Positions 62,230-64,000 of a stretch of 64,000 nucleotides of DNA are shown here, in pieces. The stretch is taken from contig OZ004608.1 in the NCBI GenBank assembly GCA_963924565.1, forward strand, positions 32,736,001-32,800,000, given 5' to 3'. The stretch is from Ascidiella aspersa. Its lineage: Eukaryota. The position numbers and the translations under genes are program-made. The notes beneath the pieces are model-generated. The model was given only the letters and a program-made list of their open reading frames with translations. It made no database searches and was not told where the DNA came from. Each line of letters starts with the position of its first letter. The stretch's first letter is position 1.

Positions 62230-64000
62230 AATATAGCAAAACTTGTATTGCTAAACGCTTTCACATTACGACAATTTGAGGGCATTTTGCTTCGTTCATC
62301 TTTTAATTTCCCAGGCGCACTCCATTTTAAGAGGTAAGCGGTTGCATTTAGCGAAAAAAACAGAGTCAATCTCGAGACAAACACCACAAACTGGACGATT
62401 CGGGCTAAAACTGGTCCTTCAAGTGAGGGACAGGCCGCAGACTGCCTGGCAACACCGTACTCTAACTTTGTCAGCGTTTCGACCGCAAATTATAGTCAAG
62501 GCCACTTACGACGTACATTCTGCTGGTTTTGTCAAAACAAGGCCTACATGCTGATTGCACAATCGTAATGACAATCGCTCAATTGTGAGTCAATAATGAA
62601 GCGGAATGTTTGGCTGACAATATCTAATAGTTTGTATAGATTTTAAGCAATCTCTTTGGTCCAATATTTGTGTTTTTTACTATTTTCTGGCGTCTACATT
62701 TAGAGCCATTGCGCGAATGTTGGCATAGATAGAGCTGAAAGCGCCCGGTAGGCGAAGATCAAACATAATCACTTTCTAAACAACCAGTAATTGACCTTGT
62801 AAGCGTCATAAGACTGGCATGCATCCTGATTGAAAATTTCCAAGACTGCTTTCAAATATTGTCAGCTTCCCTTTCATGTATAGCGGTAAAAATGCCCTTT
62901 TTCATCAGCAAAGGTGTTTGTTCTAATTTTTTGTCCACCCACTTTCATGTTATTTTTAGGGCATAGTTAAAAATGTACTATTTCAAAGGGTATATCACAG
63001 TTGTTGTACACGTACATAAATGTTGCAGTAACTATTTCAAAGTTAAACCTAAAAATTGGCCCATACGTAATGAAACTAGTTGACACCACATTGTTTTGAC
63101 GCCGACTCTTCTAGCAAATAATCGTAAAAATGTGGGTAAATAATTGCCACGATCGCCTTCAAATAAGCCAAGCAAAGTCGTCAAAAGAGATCTTGGGAAT
63201 ATTTTCAACATTGTGTTGTCATTTAGTTATGTAAAACTAAGCCAAAAACAATTGTTTTCTTCTTCCTTAGATGGAATTATAAGTACGGTAGTAGCAGTTG
63301 TATAGGCTCGAAAATGTAACATAAAATGTGACACAGCATACGCGAATCTGTACTTTTCTTGAGTCGCCTCTAAAACGCGTTTTTACAGTTGGCTCCGCTC
63401 TAAAACCGCGTTTTAACGGCGGATTCGTCAGAAGGCGGAATCGCGCAATGAGAAATCGGCTTGCCATTGTTCCCCGACGCGATTTAACAATGGGAGGAGC
63501 GTTATCGTCTTCACGGATCCGGACGGAAAGCAGATGTGGCGTTTCAAAAGAAGACTTGCAGATTTACGATGCGGTTTCTCGAGAAACGTGAAGAATTGAT
63601 AAAGGGCATTTCCAATGCAGATAAAGATCAACTTGATATAATGGTATCTTTGTAAAACTTAATACGGTCATTAACTGAAGATGATACAAGCTCATATCGA
63701 AACGTCTTAATCAAGATGCAGTCGATTTTACTTGAACTTTTTGGCTTTGCGATTTATTATCAAGCTACGTTACAGATCCGTGCATAGTGTACCCAAATTA
63801 ATACAGTCAATTATGAAAAAGTGCTTTTAATAAATGTGCCAACATTTCGAAGGTCTATATTCACGTTTATCAGGGAAATAAAAATACAGTCATTAAAAAT
63901 GGTACAAAACTGCACACGGCCATATTGGCAAATCAACGACTGAAAAACAACGAGTTTTTATCAGCGAATAACCAGATACGCCAAACACTGTAGAAGACGG

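Overview
Intron-rich animal genomic DNA, not prokaryotic: GT-AG introns, hAT-type MITEs and abundant CpG. An invertebrate chordate such as an ascidian is my best guess (inference). The main feature is the 5' part of a latrophilin (ADGRL-type adhesion GPCR) gene on the minus strand. I assembled 11 coding exons by hand between 30757 and 6981 (1872 nt, 624 codons, all splice phases compatible). They encode a signal peptide, a rhamnose-binding-lectin (RBL/SUEL) domain, an olfactomedin domain, a Ser/Thr/Pro stalk, a hormone-receptor (HRM) domain and the start of GAIN. The GPS/7TM exons must lie beyond the left edge. Its olfactomedin domain is atypical: all three canonical Ca2+ ligands are replaced by basic residues, the FLRT-binding loop is rewritten, and there is an ~39-residue basic/Pro-rich insertion. 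Upstream, at ~47270-49850 (minus strand), is a decayed, apparently intronless cGAS-like/Mab-21 nucleotidyltransferase (cGLR) pseudogene with a long, partly hydrophobic C-terminal extension, split by a foldback hAT MITE. The ORF track shows only fragments of it. Also present: a 1472-bp tandem duplication with a templated junction, several hAT MITEs with 8-bp TSDs, many micro-duplications, and a regular alternation of CpG-rich islands with AT-rich spacers. Nearly all other ORFs in the supplied track look spurious. All homology statements come from by-eye comparison with remembered sequences; no database search was run.
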